A stretch of DNA of 61,978 bases, counting the filler. It is 9 parts of 9 records of this genome, joined end to end, with 100 filler letters (N's around TTAATTAATTAA, not from the genome) between each part and the next. Parts side by side here need not be neighbours in the genome. Positions count along the whole stretch, not along the records: positions 56,741 to 61,978 come from SRR31156797_46749; 8 more parts are not named here. One strand, 5' to 3'. Position numbers and translations under genes: made by a program. Under the pieces are notes generated by a model, which ran no database searches, had not been told where the DNA came from, and was given only the letters and a program-made list of their open reading frames with translations. Positions 60,601-61,978 of this stretch are shown here, piece after piece. Within the stretch, counting starts at the first letter, position 1. Every line of letters starts with the position of its first letter.

Positions 60601-61978
60601 GTTTGATGATAACTACACAATATCAACAAAAACATCACAGGTGGCACCCGCGGGTGTTCCGTATATAGTTCCAGATGGTGCTGATGTAGCAACTGCTGCA
60701 AAGCCTTATGTCGAAACAAACTGGTACTTGACATCTCTTGAGGATGTTGCAACTTGGGTTCACACGAAGGACTTTTATCACTCTGTTGATGCCTGTAGAC
60801 TTGACAACAATGTTAATGTTTATGGTTACGAAGTGGGAGGCTCTACTGGTGGAAAAGATTGCAGTACCGCTGGAGGACTTGATGAGTCCGGACTTAACGT
60901 GATCAACAGTATCCATTCAGTAGGTATTGGTGATTGGGCTCTTGCGCCTCTTTACGATAATCCTAACAATACGTATCTGGAAACTTCGGTTATTCAAAAT
61001 GTGGCAGTGAATAATGACGGTCAGTTCTTTGGATTGACTGCTGAAGCTGCAAACCAGGTTGGAGATGCAAAGACTTTTAATACTCTTACAGATATGTTCG
61101 ATGCTTTTGTACAAAATGGTACCAGTGAGGATAAAGCAGCAGGAAGATTATTCTGGTCAACCTCTATGGTTCAGCCTTTTAAGGAGCAAATGAGAACAAG
61201 AGGGCCGTATGCCTACTCTTCAGTTGTTGTCCCTGTTGATAATACTATTAGTCGTTTCTGGATTGGAAACTTGAAAAGATTTTCTAAAGATGATGCGTCT
61301 ACCGGTTGTGACCTGGTGGATCTTGTTGATTGTAATGGCTGGAGTATTCAGGAAATTCCTAATACTGACTGTTTTGATCCAGGTGATGCCGGTGCGGATA
61401 TGAGCGACTCCCGTATGGCCAGAGGTCTGGCAGGTGGAGTAGCTGGTGTGCTGCAAAATACAATGGAATCTACAGCGGTTGGCTGTTCTGCTCCAGTTGG
61501 ATCAGTTGATCCTTGTTACGATAGCGGTGCAAGAAACATTCTCTATGATGACAACACCAGTCTTATTGACCTTAAAGGTGCAAGTCCTGCATGGTTTAGA
61601 GCTAAATTTAATGTTACTTATCCGGGGATCACCCTTGGAGAGTCTGTGCAGATCCTTGATTACATCTATGGTTACGATGCTTTTGATGATGATAGTGACG
61701 GGAACAGAAATGAAGTTAGATACTCTGAGCCCGGTACTGCAATAGTCACAGTTGATGATCCTTATGATATTTCATTTGATGGTACTAATACAAGTGACAT
61801 AAGACCGACGCTCATGGGTGGAATATTTCACTCCAGACCGGTAGCGGTGCATTATAATGATTCTGATACAACAAGAATCTTTGTAGGAGCTAATGATGGT
61901 ATGTTCCATTCATTTGATCAGGACGGAAATGAGACCTTTGCTTACATTCCACTTCCGGTTCTTCCAAAACTTACAGAC
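57644..61978 (+). CDS. pilY1: Giant Cys-rich PilY1/PilC-like pilus adhesin, 3'-truncated (absent from ORF track)
   Basis: Hand translation is open for 1445 codons to the window end; signal peptide; vWA FLIDTSES; FWIGNLKRF; DDDSDGNRNE; MGGIFHSRP...FVGANDGMFHSF...ETFAYIP beta-propeller start. Confidence 0.9.
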   Translation, partial: MKKMLLKLKQKRSGIAYRVILPLFFLVLPLILFASQLDESLTDDVTAMITNAKKLAHTTFLIDTSESMNQFAFSDYINTCGDAKANINHAISLCDSAYSQCRTVEQNAMCDVNLGCGDILTRCTSLRTTRTSINNFCTQIDNIYTEPGKTTTVADPLGGGANDARKFVGPWDPRRADYLLGLCFYNWTEDTGGQVMSESTTGHYTNPNDGSGYTDRRDWDCMTDGVQSPQLRGGLWLNWKYTTSLDAVKIIFADVHQFAYAPRARGERKCFLTEYFPYKDDHILGKICYREFDTDPAVPATLDKIKAQVRTNWTTTKVQVADANCPGVDTFEIEPGPPIMKTSVPNDIFSVDADTVPCDVCYDYEGNEVSCEEYASVASVTNAITSINGTTATVDYSCCANFECTDPKCRDDDTSCRSDGGACVLGYYSDFDQDQNHCCDMLSCIEPADPAVCAAGGTFLPGPGNDFTVAFEDTLGMPALVAPDKYHNVTLTVNTSALSFNAPIANVDKVAVTLFYGCNVAGQPAIPLGSKTYTSEVVAPGDAIVSTAIDLTGCDQTGYKVGGTMQIFHSGANFSAAVVTMDLDFAVSYESGSDQTIKVLDPNENYYREYQLEATGAASERVNEYECKTTMYHKQSMVVNGGSGSCPSKHPSYAHCVYPDHMTIAQDQWGSATKTACSWLCRDDAVYDDVWKCRSFFAQMDNPARGGSGTAGICYGDDPATLEACCIQINLGAYQYLNLEPPERVEFCDAGGINCRDYNCSVSGFEEGETSDGDRTFTSAFMAEVIEGHIKELGDSSYRLNIAGYTSPYEDPTNKWYTDGSLINKSNGFLANSFVSVFETGKNGSRDTACIYDLLNNFNGEDCMDCLDLGCCSIDVGGGSNMCDYPSFWMKIPNTEGGQLKLQASVLTGAELIAYKNMIKGLEARGGSTLGETLFDVWRYLGGMHSIYDPDHDDTAADPAYTSPFQGSDPMCFRNEAIIVSGGQPQFDDNYTISTKTSQVAPAGVPYIVPDGADVATAAKPYVETNWYLTSLEDVATWVHTKDFYHSVDACRLDNNVNVYGYEVGGSTGGKDCSTAGGLDESGLNVINSIHSVGIGDWALAPLYDNPNNTYLETSVIQNVAVNNDGQFFGLTAEAANQVGDAKTFNTLTDMFDAFVQNGTSEDKAAGRLFWSTSMVQPFKEQMRTRGPYAYSSVVVPVDNTISRFWIGNLKRFSKDDASTGCDLVDLVDCNGWSIQEIPNTDCFDPGDAGADMSDSRMARGLAGGVAGVLQNTMESTAVGCSAPVGSVDPCYDSGARNILYDDNTSLIDLKGASPAWFRAKFNVTYPGITLGESVQILDYIYGYDAFDDDSDGNRNEVRYSEPGTAIVTVDDPYDISFDGTNTSDIRPTLMGGIFHSRPVAVHYNDSDTTRIFVGANDGMFHSFDQDGNETFAYIPLPVLPKLTD

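Noticed and set aside
57644-61978. Apparent ORF desert suggesting stop-codon recoding or non-coding DNA
   Set aside because: Hand translation shows one open frame in the standard code; the short listed ORFs are shadows.
1-61978. CRISPR arrays, rRNA, prophage or defence genes, and a cobalamin riboswitch near the mutase
   Set aside because: No repeat-spacer pattern or recognisable motifs seen by eye; a covariance-model search would be needed to exclude small RNAs.

Overview
This window is not one locus. It is nine unrelated contigs joined by 100-nt N/TTAATTAATTAA spacers, with differing base composition, so probably several organisms. (1) 1-5487: hexuronate catabolism (uxaC, TRAP dctPQM, uxuB-type SDR, uxuA). 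(2) 5588-10931: AT-rich, Campylobacterota/Arcobacter-like; binding protein plus sensor kinase, divergent from a formate dehydrogenase maturation operon. (3) 11032-20917: a MITE, then PepSY-like/MipA fusion, OMF, MFP, RND and a ColRS-like two-component system. Two tandem ColR-consensus boxes lie upstream, and a prepilin gene starts divergently. (4) 21018-28086: GC-rich secDF, LysM protein, pgl, RND. (5) 28187-34131: TetR, phosphotriesterase-like lactonase, CoA ligase, SDR and a two-subunit B12 acyl-CoA mutase with a heavily remodelled active site. (6) 34232-39987: dhaM, a ptsI remnant, an orphan HTH-like protein and a sugar/polyol ABC transporter. (7) 40088-49675: U32-family tail, Mrp antiporter cluster, cNMP-binding protein, partial tRNA-Pro. 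(8) 49776-56640: OMF-MFP-RND, K-channel-like protein and a secreted fusion protein. (9) 56741-61978: pilW, pilX and a >1445-codon Cys-rich PilY1-like gene that the ORF track omits because it has no stop in the window. The best candidates for undescribed systems are the lactonase/B12-mutase pathway, the MipA-ColRS-RND module and the giant PilY1. All assignments come from motif recognition by eye; no database searches were run.
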